Shown here: positions 8,818 to 17,700 of the stretch, in pieces
How the letters are laid out: each line of letters opens with the position of its first letter
How positions within the stretch are numbered: the first letter of the stretch is position 1
Origin: a virus
Taxonomy: Duplodnaviria; Caudoviricetes
Reading direction: 5' to 3' (one strand)
IMG/VR virus record: IMGVR_UViG_3300043395_001550
Span: 1-54,108 of that record
DNA length: 54,108 nt
Made by a program: the position numbers and the translations under genes
Notes under the pieces: generated by a model
The model's input: the letters and a program-made list of their open reading frames with translations, nothing else
What the model was told of the DNA's origin: nothing
Database searches by the model: none

Positions 8818-9228
8818 GTCTTTTAGATATTCTTTACACAACTTTACTTCTTGTTCGTAGGCATCCCTCTCCCATGGTTGATCTTCATAGTCAGTTGCAC
8901 TATGATCTACACCTTTCCAGAGTCTCTTTGATCCACGATCCTTTAACTCTCCACGCACATGTTGACGCACATGAACCAACTCATGAAGCAGAGTTTGAAT
9001 GTAAAACTCCCGATCCATCTTGTTGTGAAGTTCAATTAAGAAAGACCTTGGACGATAATCACAGTCTTGAACTGTGCAAAGTCCATAGAACCCCTCCCTC
9101 ATCATTCCACGATGAGATACTTCGATCTCCAATTTGTGCCTTGGAAGGTATTTTTGAATGAACCAAGAAACTACACTTTCACACAGTTTCTTGCTGTAGT
9201 TGTATCCAGACAATTCAAGAAAAAGCAT
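8800..9228 (-). CDS. zincin-like (HExxH) metallopeptidase-family protein
   Basis: LLHELVHVRQH motif plus downstream QPWERDA. Confidence 0.75.
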   Translation of the reverse strand: MLFLELSGYNYSKKLCESVVSWFIQKYLPRHKLEIEVSHRGMMREGFYGLCTVQDCDYRPRSFLIELHNKMDREFYIQTLLHELVHVRQHVRGELKDRGSKRLWKGVDHSATDYEDQPWERDAYEQEVKLCKEYLKDLTQGS

Positions 9229-9322
9229 AGTACAGCACCGAATGAACAACGCGCACACCCCAATTCATGAAGATGCAGAAGGATGATACGAAAATCAGTC
9301 TGTCAAGCGTTGTGAGTTGCAT
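9215..9322 (-). CDS. small membrane protein (MQLTTLDRLIFVSSFCIFMNWGVRVVHSVLYYAFS)
   Basis: 35-aa ORF translated by hand; first ORF after the boxed promoter. Confidence 0.55.
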   Translation of the reverse strand: MQLTTLDRLIFVSSFCIFMNWGVRVVHSVLYYAFS

Positions 9323-9345
9323 GGGGGTGTCTCTGTCACACTCAT

Positions 9346-9403
9346 ACAATAAGACCCTCCAGGGGGTCTGGAGGGTCCTCTGGGACACTTTGTGAAGTGG
9401 TTC
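9346..9403 (-). promoter_or_regulatory. promoter with palindromic box (9382-9403), GC hairpin and TATTGT -10
   Basis: Box 30 nt from the -10; GACCCTCCAG/CTGGAGGGTC inverted repeat lies between them. Confidence 0.6.
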
Positions 9404-9406
9404 AGA

Positions 9407-10084
9407 TCATCCTCTAGCGAAACTGATGATTCCGGAATTGAGAGATCCCCATCCTTCATCATCCATATCAAAATTTACACTAATTCTGTCACTATCTTTG
9501 TTAAATATTCTATACTTAAGGTAGTTAGTTGTTCCGCTATTTAATTCTGTAAACGTGCCGGAAGATTCTGTTCTTGGATCAATAGCACCACTAGCATGGT
9601 AATGTGCTATGGTTACATGGGGGGTTGGATATAAAGTGCCATCCTGTGTCTGTAACGTTGGGTTTCCAGATGTAGCTTGATCCGCTACTGATTGTACAGT
9701 TGGAGTTGCACTTGCAGATGGTCTAAAAACAATTATACTATTAACGTCTGTAGTCCATCCGGAGTTTGCAACTGTGATTACTGAGTTTACATCTCCAGAT
9801 ACTATTTTTTTATACCACCAACGTATTTCTACATCATTACTATTAACTACGTCTGAGCTAAAGTTGTCTCCAATTAATGTCCATCCAGATGGATCTGCTG
9901 TTGCGGGAGCACTATTCCAAGTTGTTCTACCAGTCCATGAAATTATAACAATATCATTCGCAGCTGCAGTTGCTGGAACTGTTATTTGATGTGTTGTTGA
10001 AAATGCGGATGCAATATATTGGACCGTCAACTTAGGTGTTGATGGTTTTGCTCCAAGACTAAATGTTGATAATATTGGGCTCAC
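9407..10084 (-). CDS. tail-fibre-associated or receptor-binding protein
   Basis: Directly follows the fibre gene; MSPILSTF...G N-terminus; beta-rich, PSGWT motif. Confidence 0.6.
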   Translation of the reverse strand: MSPILSTFSLGAKPSTPKLTVQYIASAFSTTHQITVPATAAANDIVIISWTGRTTWNSAPATADPSGWTLIGDNFSSDVVNSNDVEIRWWYKKIVSGDVNSVITVANSGWTTDVNSIIVFRPSASATPTVQSVADQATSGNPTLQTQDGTLYPTPHVTIAHYHASGAIDPRTESSGTFTELNSGTTNYLKYRIFNKDSDRISVNFDMDDEGWGSLNSGIISFARG

Positions 10085-10086
10085 GA

Positions 10087-13000
10087 TTATGCTCCATATT
10101 GAGATTGAGAACCAAGAACGGTAAAGGTTGAGGCTGCAGTTTTAATGATTGTCCAAGTATACATGTCATAGTTTGATGCGGTTAAACCTACAGTTGGAGC
10201 AGCACCACCCAACCACAATTCTGTCTGAGCACCACCATCAATTGTAATATCAGTCGCATAATGTGTTGTAGAACTCTTCTTGGCAAGAATGGTGACTACA
10301 ATGGAATCTCCTGTTGCCATCAAAGTGTTGAGGGATACTGAAGCATTTCCGCGAATGTTATGTGTCCAGTTTGCTGCAGCTGCAGTAGTGAATATCCACA
10401 CATTCGATGTGAGAACATCAATATTTGCTGTCGCATTTACTGCACCAGCAACCACGTTGACTTTTTCAAGTAATGGGAGAGTTTTAAGATTTCCCAGAGT
10501 TGAAATTCCAGATACGTTTTCATTAGTTGCACTAAGTGCATTTACGGTGACAGTTCCTGCTGCAAAGTTTCCTGATGCGTCTCTAACAACAACTTTGGAT
10601 CCTGTATTAGCAGTATCTGCATCAACAGCAACTGTTCTTGCAGTAGATCCGTTATATGTCTGACCATTCTGAGTAAGATATGAACCAATTGTGAGGTTAT
10701 TTAAGTTGCTTCCAAGAGATATGCCGGAGATTGTTGATGATGCCAATTTGGAAATGGCAATTGCTGCAGATGCGTTAATATCCGCATTAACAATTCCACC
10801 CGATAAGTTTAATTTACTATAAGCAATCGCTGCGGATGAATTAATATCGGTATTTGTGATTGAATCATTTGCAATCATTGTGCTGGTTACAGTACCACTA
10901 TCTCCAGTCGTGATCACAGTTCCTGTGGTTGCTGGGAGTGTGATTGTATTTGATCCCGCAGTAGCAGTTGCCAGAAGGTTAATAGAACCACTAGTGGAAC
11001 CGCTGAAGTTTGCACCGGTTCCTTGTATTGTTGGTAGTGTTAATGTTTTAGATGAGAGTGTTTGGGAATCTGTGGTTCCAACAATAGATCCTGATGGTGC
11101 AGATTTTCCTCCAAGGAATTGTGCGTTTAGGTTATTTACTTGAACATTAGAGTTTACAATAAATGGAGCATGGACGTTACTTCCCTTAACAAGGAATCTT
11201 GCTGCTTCCTCTTCATATTTTGCAGAAACGTCAAGTGTATATTCTGGTGGAACTGTTGTTCCCACGCCCACAAGAACGTCAGTTCTAACACCAATTTCTC
11301 CAGCTCCATTCTGGACTGTTCCCCATGCCTCACCAATTGCGGATCCATATAGGTCTATTTTATAGACTCCGGGACTGACCTCTACCGCATCACTACCAGC
11401 ACCATCAATAATACTTGTAACAATACCAGGCCCACTAAATGCATTTCCTGTTATAGTTCCAAGAACCTTAATACTTCCAACAACATCTAACGCAGTCGTT
11501 GGATTTGTTGATCCAATTCCAACCGCACTTGACACATATGCTTTTCCAGTTACTTGTAGTTTCTGGTCAGCAGTTCCAGTAGAAGTTGCAGATCCAACCA
11601 ATATCGGTCCTGTTACATATGTGGAAATTCCAGCAACTCTTAGTGTGTTGGTACTGAGCACAGTTGAAGTTGATACTCCAAGTGTTGTGAATCCAGTCAC
11701 ATTAAGTTGTGATGCACTCAACCCATTAGTATTGGTTGTGCTCAGCGTAGTAACGCCAGTGACGTTAAGTTGGGATGCATTAACTACGCCTAGAGTGGAA
11801 AATCCGGTGACGTTAAGTTGAGATAGAGATCCAAATCCACCACTAACACTGGTCGAAATGCCTGATGTTGATGCATAGGTTGCTACACCGGCATTAGATG
11901 CATAAGTTGCAACTGATGCAGTTGTGGCATTTCCACTAAAGGTTGTTGCAGTAATTACGCCGGTTGCATTTACGCCAGTTACATTAGCAATCCCTGTTAC
12001 ACTAATTCCTTTTTGGTGAGTTGTTGCATCTCGGAAGGTTGAAACTCCAGATACATCAACCTGTTTAGAAAATAGAGTTGAACCTGTAACTGTAGTAATT
12101 CCAGCAAATGTTGAGACTCCAGTAACACTAAGTTGCGATGCATTAACAACACCTAAGGTCGAAACTCCAGTAATTGTTGTTTGAGTTGCCTTTAGATCTA
12201 CTACTGTAGTTACACCAGTAACATTAAGTTGGGATGCATTTAATGCTGATGTTGTGGTCGTTGTTAAGGTGGTTACACCAGTAATTCTTGCATTTCCAAG
12301 AACCGTCAGGGCATCTTGTGCCGCTGAGGTCATAATTCCAAGATGACCTTTTCTAACAACAACAGAATCGTCGTCTAAGAATTCAACGGAATGAATAGAT
12401 GATGATGAATTATTAAAGTTTAAATCGCCATCAACGTCAACCGTTAAATACCAACCCTCATTTCCAGTCTGTTCTTCTATGTAAATTGCCGATTCAGCAA
12501 CTGTACTACTATTTGGTAATGTTTTAACTGCCATTCCGCCACGCTGCGGAACAATTGTACTAACATCACCAATAGTAAGTGAAGCAACATGAGTGTTTGT
12601 ACCAATAGCAACTGAATTGGCAGTTCCAACAATTACATTTGCAAGAGTGGAAACTCCAGTCACGCTAAGTTGTGACGCATTAATATTACCAATAGTCGTA
12701 ATACCAGTAACATTAAGTTGGGCTGCTGTCAAAGGACCAGTAGTGGTGATGCCCAATAGAGTATTGGAAGAGACTGTTAATCTTGTAGCGTTTGCAAATC
12801 CAAGCGTACTTATTCCAAGAACGTTAAAATCTGTAGATTGAAGATTGGTTACATTTGCAGATGTAAATGTACTAACTCCGGATGAATTTATATTACTATT
12901 AACAACAAGAGCTGAAAGTGCTCCCGTAACATTAGCGTCTCCAACAACTTCAAAATGTTTAGATGGTAATGTAGTTCCAACTCCAACACCGGAACTGGTT

Positions 13001-13344
13001 GCACTAAAAATAGAACCAGCAACTCCTATTGCCAATCTATTAGATTTTACTTCTCCCGAAATATTGATATTTGAACCGGTTAAAGATGTTACGACTCCAG
13101 ATACTGCATTTAATGTGGATGCATCAACTTGGGTATATGATACTTGTGTTCCCTTTAGTTGTGTGATTGTAGAAATTCCACTAGCAACTAAATTATCTGT
13201 TGCAATTTCTCCAGCAACAGAAAATGTGCTGGTTGGAACTGTTGAAGCGATTCCAACCTTATTCGTGTCTGTGTTCGCTACAATCAGATCGTTTCCGACT
13301 TGTAGACCATTCTTGACAATAAAGTTCTTGTTAGTTGCGCTCAT
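10087..13344 (-). CDS. long tail fibre protein (1085 aa)
   Basis: KNFIVKNGL start, many ASQLxVTGxxTL repeats, VGIGSTNP motifs, C-terminal W-GG-APT...DMYTWTIIKT domain. Confidence 0.85.
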   Translation of the reverse strand: MSATNKNFIVKNGLQVGNDLIVANTDTNKVGIASTVPTSTFSVAGEIATDNLVASGISTITQLKGTQVSYTQVDASTLNAVSGVVTSLTGSNINISGEVKSNRLAIGVAGSIFSATSSGVGVGTTLPSKHFEVVGDANVTGALSALVVNSNINSSGVSTFTSANVTNLQSTDFNVLGISTLGFANATRLTVSSNTLLGITTTGPLTAAQLNVTGITTIGNINASQLSVTGVSTLANVIVGTANSVAIGTNTHVASLTIGDVSTIVPQRGGMAVKTLPNSSTVAESAIYIEEQTGNEGWYLTVDVDGDLNFNNSSSSIHSVEFLDDDSVVVRKGHLGIMTSAAQDALTVLGNARITGVTTLTTTTTSALNASQLNVTGVTTVVDLKATQTTITGVSTLGVVNASQLSVTGVSTFAGITTVTGSTLFSKQVDVSGVSTFRDATTHQKGISVTGIANVTGVNATGVITATTFSGNATTASVATYASNAGVATYASTSGISTSVSGGFGSLSQLNVTGFSTLGVVNASQLNVTGVTTLSTTNTNGLSASQLNVTGFTTLGVSTSTVLSTNTLRVAGISTYVTGPILVGSATSTGTADQKLQVTGKAYVSSAVGIGSTNPTTALDVVGSIKVLGTITGNAFSGPGIVTSIIDGAGSDAVEVSPGVYKIDLYGSAIGEAWGTVQNGAGEIGVRTDVLVGVGTTVPPEYTLDVSAKYEEEAARFLVKGSNVHAPFIVNSNVQVNNLNAQFLGGKSAPSGSIVGTTDSQTLSSKTLTLPTIQGTGANFSGSTSGSINLLATATAGSNTITLPATTGTVITTGDSGTVTSTMIANDSITNTDINSSAAIAYSKLNLSGGIVNADINASAAIAISKLASSTISGISLGSNLNNLTIGSYLTQNGQTYNGSTARTVAVDADTANTGSKVVVRDASGNFAAGTVTVNALSATNENVSGISTLGNLKTLPLLEKVNVVAGAVNATANIDVLTSNVWIFTTAAAANWTHNIRGNASVSLNTLMATGDSIVVTILAKKSSTTHYATDITIDGGAQTELWLGGAAPTVGLTASNYDMYTWTIIKTAASTFTVLGSQSQYGA

Positions 13345-13374
13345 GGGTTTCCCTATCCACCCTACGGTTTTAGT

Positions 13375-13395
13375 TATTTATAAATGTTATAAATA
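13375..13395. promoter_or_regulatory. back-to-back T4 late promoters (TATAAATA minus 13375-13382, plus 13388-13395)
   Basis: Two exact T4 late consensus octamers between divergent genes. Confidence 0.85.
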
Positions 13396-13424
13396 TCTAA
13401 ACATGTGGCAATTTATAATTATCC

Positions 13425-13838
13425 ATGGCAACAACTATTATATCAGGACAATCCTCAAACGGAGCAACACTTCTATATACTGCACCATCTCCAACCAGAA
13501 TTGTGATTCTCTACATGGAAGGTGTTAGAACTGGTGGAAGTGCGGGCCAAGTTGGTTTGTATTGGGGAGCATCTGGAAATCTTGTTTCACAAACATCATC
13601 TTTGATTCGTGCATTTGGTGCAAATATAGCATATCAAATACATTATGATCCTGACAATCTCGGAGCATTTAATTTTAATGTATTTGGGGAAAATCTTGTT
13701 CCAACCAATACTCAGGCTACAAATGCTGAAGATACATTTATTGATGCATTACCTGTGGAGTTATTATTGGATACTGGCCACCAGTTCTATGCCTTATGTG
13801 GACCATATAATTGTGTAGCAATTCCAGAAGCAGGTTGA
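13425..13838 (+). CDS. small late protein, paralog 1
   Basis: Shares LYTA...RI(I/V)...WG...P.EL.L..G framework with the next two ORFs. Confidence 0.75.
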   Translation: MATTIISGQSSNGATLLYTAPSPTRIVILYMEGVRTGGSAGQVGLYWGASGNLVSQTSSLIRAFGANIAYQIHYDPDNLGAFNFNVFGENLVPTNTQATNAEDTFIDALPVELLLDTGHQFYALCGPYNCVAIPEAG

Positions 13839-13844
13839 TAAATT

Positions 13845-14243
13845 ATGGCAAACGTTACAATTTTAAATGGGACTAGCTCCACGGTTGGTGGAGCAGCTCT
13901 TTATACAGCTACTACAAACTGTAGGATCATACTTAATTTTGTTCATGCAACATCCGCTGGTGATGAAATTACTATGCGATGGGGAAATAGTGTAAATTAC
14001 AATCAAGTTTCAAGTACAGATGTACATGCACTTGGAAGAAGACTTGCCCACATATACGTTTCAAACGACGACACCAGATCTGATTATTTTTGCTCCAGGA
14101 GATTCACTAAAGGACTTCTTCCGGGTAGTGATATTGTTGGAATGACCACAACTATGGCATATCCACTAGAGTTATACCTGAAGTCAGGGGAAATCTTTGA
14201 TTTGACCTGTGATGCATATTCTATTATGATAGTTACTGAATAA
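13845..14243 (+). CDS. small late protein, paralog 2
   Basis: Highly similar to 14249-14674. Confidence 0.8.
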   Translation: MANVTILNGTSSTVGGAALYTATTNCRIILNFVHATSAGDEITMRWGNSVNYNQVSSTDVHALGRRLAHIYVSNDDTRSDYFCSRRFTKGLLPGSDIVGMTTTMAYPLELYLKSGEIFDLTCDAYSIMIVTE

Positions 14244-14641
14244 ACAATATGTCAACTGTTACTGTTTTAAATGGAAATTCATCTACTGTTGGTGGCGCAG
14301 CTCTTTTTACCGCCACCACTAATAGTAGATTGCTAATAAATTTCATAAAAGCCAAGAGTCCTGGGACTGATGATGAAATTACTATGCGATGGGGAAATAG
14401 TGTAAATTACAATCAAGTCTCAAGTGTGGATGTCAATTCAATAGGAAGACAATTGGCACAAGTTTATATATCTAATAATGACACTTGGTTTGATTTTTTT
14501 GGTTATGGTTATTTCCCATCCAATAGATTAACAAGAGGTTTTCATGCGTGTCAGCACGATAATAGTGGAATGACCACAACTATGGCATATCCACTAGAGT
14601 TATACCTGAAGTCAGGGGAAATCTTTGATTTGACCTGTGAT
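13961..14641 (+). repeat. identical direct-repeat blocks: 48 nt (13961-14008 = 14371-14418) and 76 nt (14138-14213 = 14566-14641)
   Basis: Direct comparison of the sequences. Confidence 0.9.
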
Positions 14642-14674
14642 CAATATTCAATAGTGGTAATAACTGAGATATAA
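14249..14674 (+). CDS. small late protein, paralog 3
   Basis: Highly similar to 13845-14243. Confidence 0.8.
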   Translation: MSTVTVLNGNSSTVGGAALFTATTNSRLLINFIKAKSPGTDDEITMRWGNSVNYNQVSSVDVNSIGRQLAQVYISNNDTWFDFFGYGYFPSNRLTRGFHACQHDNSGMTTTMAYPLELYLKSGEIFDLTCDQYSIVVITEI

Positions 14675-14695
14675 AAAAACCCCCGAATGGGGGGA
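14673..14695 (-). terminator. intrinsic terminator between convergent genes
   Basis: CCCCC-ATTC-GGGGG hairpin followed by T7 on the minus strand. Confidence 0.75.
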
Positions 14696-14701
14696 TTAAA
14701 C

Positions 14702-17700
14702 TCAGTTAATTGGAATCATAAATCCACGTGTTGTATATGGGAATGTTCCGCTAATGACGTTAAAGTTGATGCGGTTATTTGAATCATCATAGTCAACCGT
14801 AATATTCGTTTGAATACCTGCGGCAATTGCAGCACCAACAGCATCTTGTGCTCTTTCCTGAGTGTGATACTGATTTGTTCCCTCTGGAAGTGAAGTTGTG
14901 GATGACTGTGCCAAAATGTTATTTGGAGTGATCCATCCAAGAATTCCACTTGAAGATGTATAAAGAATGCTGTTTGCTCCACCCACCTGAGTTGGAAGTG
15001 TTAATGTATAAGCAGTTCCAACAAGTGTGCTTGGTGCTTGTAGAGAAAGTCTCTGTGTTCTTCCTGGTAGATTAAATGTAAGTGCTGTAGTAATACCAAC
15101 ATTTCCATTCACATCTAATGTATAATCATACGTTACGGCATATGTTGTAGTGGTGCGAATACCGAGTCTGCCGGTATTATTCATTTGCATCTTAATATCA
15201 TTATCCGTACCGGTATGATCCATTCTAATTTTTAATGGGAATCCGGATGGATTTCTAAGTCTCAAATCAATTCCAGCATCTGGCTCATTTGTTCCAATAC
15301 CAACAAGTTTATTTGGTGTGATAACAAATGGTTCCACGTCACTTGCAGAATTTCCTGCAAATAGAACCTTTCCACTTCCAGAATTGACCAGATCGAGAGT
15401 GTTTCCATTAGCACTCTGGCTTATTTTGAATAGTGATGTCGCTGTACTTCCTGTAAGATTAAGAATATTGCTGAAATATGTGAATGATGGCAAATCATCA
15501 AGATTTCCGGCAACGTCATAAGCCGCGATGGCATTTGGTGTTCCGGTTGGAGTTCCTCCGCCACCACCAGTTTCAGTTGCTCTGAAGTTTATGGTTGCAA
15601 TACCGGAAGAAACCGTTGCAGAAATTGAGACACCAGCACCAATAAAGTTGATCTGGGTTGCAATACCAGCAAACAAGTTATTTGCAGTCGAGATTGCAAT
15701 TCTTGGGTTTGCATTAAGTGTGAGTGTAGTTACACCCGCAACGCTAGGGATTGCAGTAATGGACAGACCCTGACCAACTATGTTGAGATTGGTTGTAAAT
15801 CCAATATATGTTCCATTACTTGAAATACCAACACCCTTGACACTTGCTGGGTTGATTCCAACATATCCATATTTCTCCCAGGTATTTCCTGTTGTAAAGA
15901 TCCATCCAAGATAATCATCTAGAGTTGGGTTTGCGGACCAAACAATATCACCAAGACTTCCCGGAGATACTGGTGTAGATAGACCAACTGTGAGTTTTCT
16001 GGGCGTAGTTGCATCACCCTGAATTTTCAGAGACTTAACATGAATTCCATCATCTGATGTAGATCTAACTTTACCATTAAAGACAACAGGACCATCGAAA
16101 TTGGATAGTGAGTCCTTATCTGGCCCACCACTTACGGTAAGATTCTTTTCTACCTGAATACTGTCAAAAGTTTCAACGGCATATCCAACATCTTCGCTAT
16201 TTTTATCAAGTCTTGTAGCTGAAGTGACTTGAGATGGAACCTTAACCTTTTGAGTATTTCCTGATGAACTATCAATCTTTGACCCACCAACAAATACATC
16301 ACCATCCTGGTTGGAACCATAGAAACTTACAGAACCTCCATTTCCCTCAAGAGAATATGCATTTATCAGTTCTGCACCACTCAAAACCTTGGACTGATAC
16401 TCATCTTTTGCTGTAGAATAGTTTCCTGGACCGAAACCAACGTATTCAAAATAATGAGCAGAAGACCTAATTGAAGAATTCTGTCTCAATTCAATCGGAA
16501 TTGGTGTAATTCTTCTGAGTAGTGAGTTTGCAGAGTGTGCTGCGGCAGCTGTTCCAAGAAGTGATCTGAATGCCAATACTGTGTTGCTTGTGACAACTTG
16601 CTTAACTCTGAAGATTTCGGAATCGATCAAGAAGTAATCGCCAAGTCTTAGACCAGAGTTGACTGCATTTGAAACAGTAATGCCACTACCTTCAGTATTA
16701 TCTGAAGATGCAATCGGAGCAAGAATTGAGGTAGAGAGTCCGGAATATGCAACGACAATTCTACCCGAAGTCGCTTCTACATCATTCTCAATTCCACCAC
16801 CATAAGAAGATGCCACATGGGAATATGATTCAATAGTTCCGGAGACAATTGGATTATCTGTTCTAATTCCAAGATATACCTTTGCAGTTGTTAGACCAAC
16901 AAGATCTGTAACAATTGTATCTTTATTGTAGAAACTGGTATTAGATCCACCAAGTCTTATCTTTGTTCCTACTCTATATCCATGAGTTGTGTTAAAACCA
17001 ACTGTTGCAATACCAGTTGCATAATCATACCTAATCGTTGAAACACCAACAACTCTACCTGCAACAAATGCTTGACCAGTTGCAGTAACTACTGGACCAA
17101 TACCTGTTGAGAGTGGAGATGGTAGTGCAGTCGAAGATTGAAGTTCAATCTGCTTTGTGTTTCCGACACTAATTCCAGTAATCTTATAGAGGTTGTTAAA
17201 ATGATATGTTGTTATGCTGGAAATGCCTGAAATTGCAAGAGTTTCGCCAACAACATTTTCAATTCCCTCAACACGAACAACTGGATAATTTGCAGTAGAC
17301 CATGGAGAAACAGTAGTAACACCTGATGCAATTCGCAGAGTGTTTCCAATACCATAGGCACTACCATTATCCATAATTCTAATAGAACTTATGGATCCGG
17401 AACTTACGGTCAGTCTTGCTGTTGCATGATTTCCAGTTACAGAAGCACCAATTGCTGTAAGTGGAACGTTGTAGTATTCGCCATCAACATAATTTGCTCC
17501 AGGACTTACAATACTGAGATTTGAAATACCATTCAGTCTGTGATCAATATTGGTGAAGATTGTATGCGCCAATCCAGTTGGTGATGATTGTAGGTTTGTT
17601 AGACCAACACCAACGTTGATGTCATATAGTGCTTTTGAAACTGCCTCTTTTGTTAAACTATTCTGCCTATCATTAATAGTTACATTACCAATAACATCAG

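Noticed and set aside
13845-14674. Diversity-generating retroelement template/variable repeat pair
   Set aside because: Differences include indels and are not adenine-specific, and no reverse transcriptase is in the window
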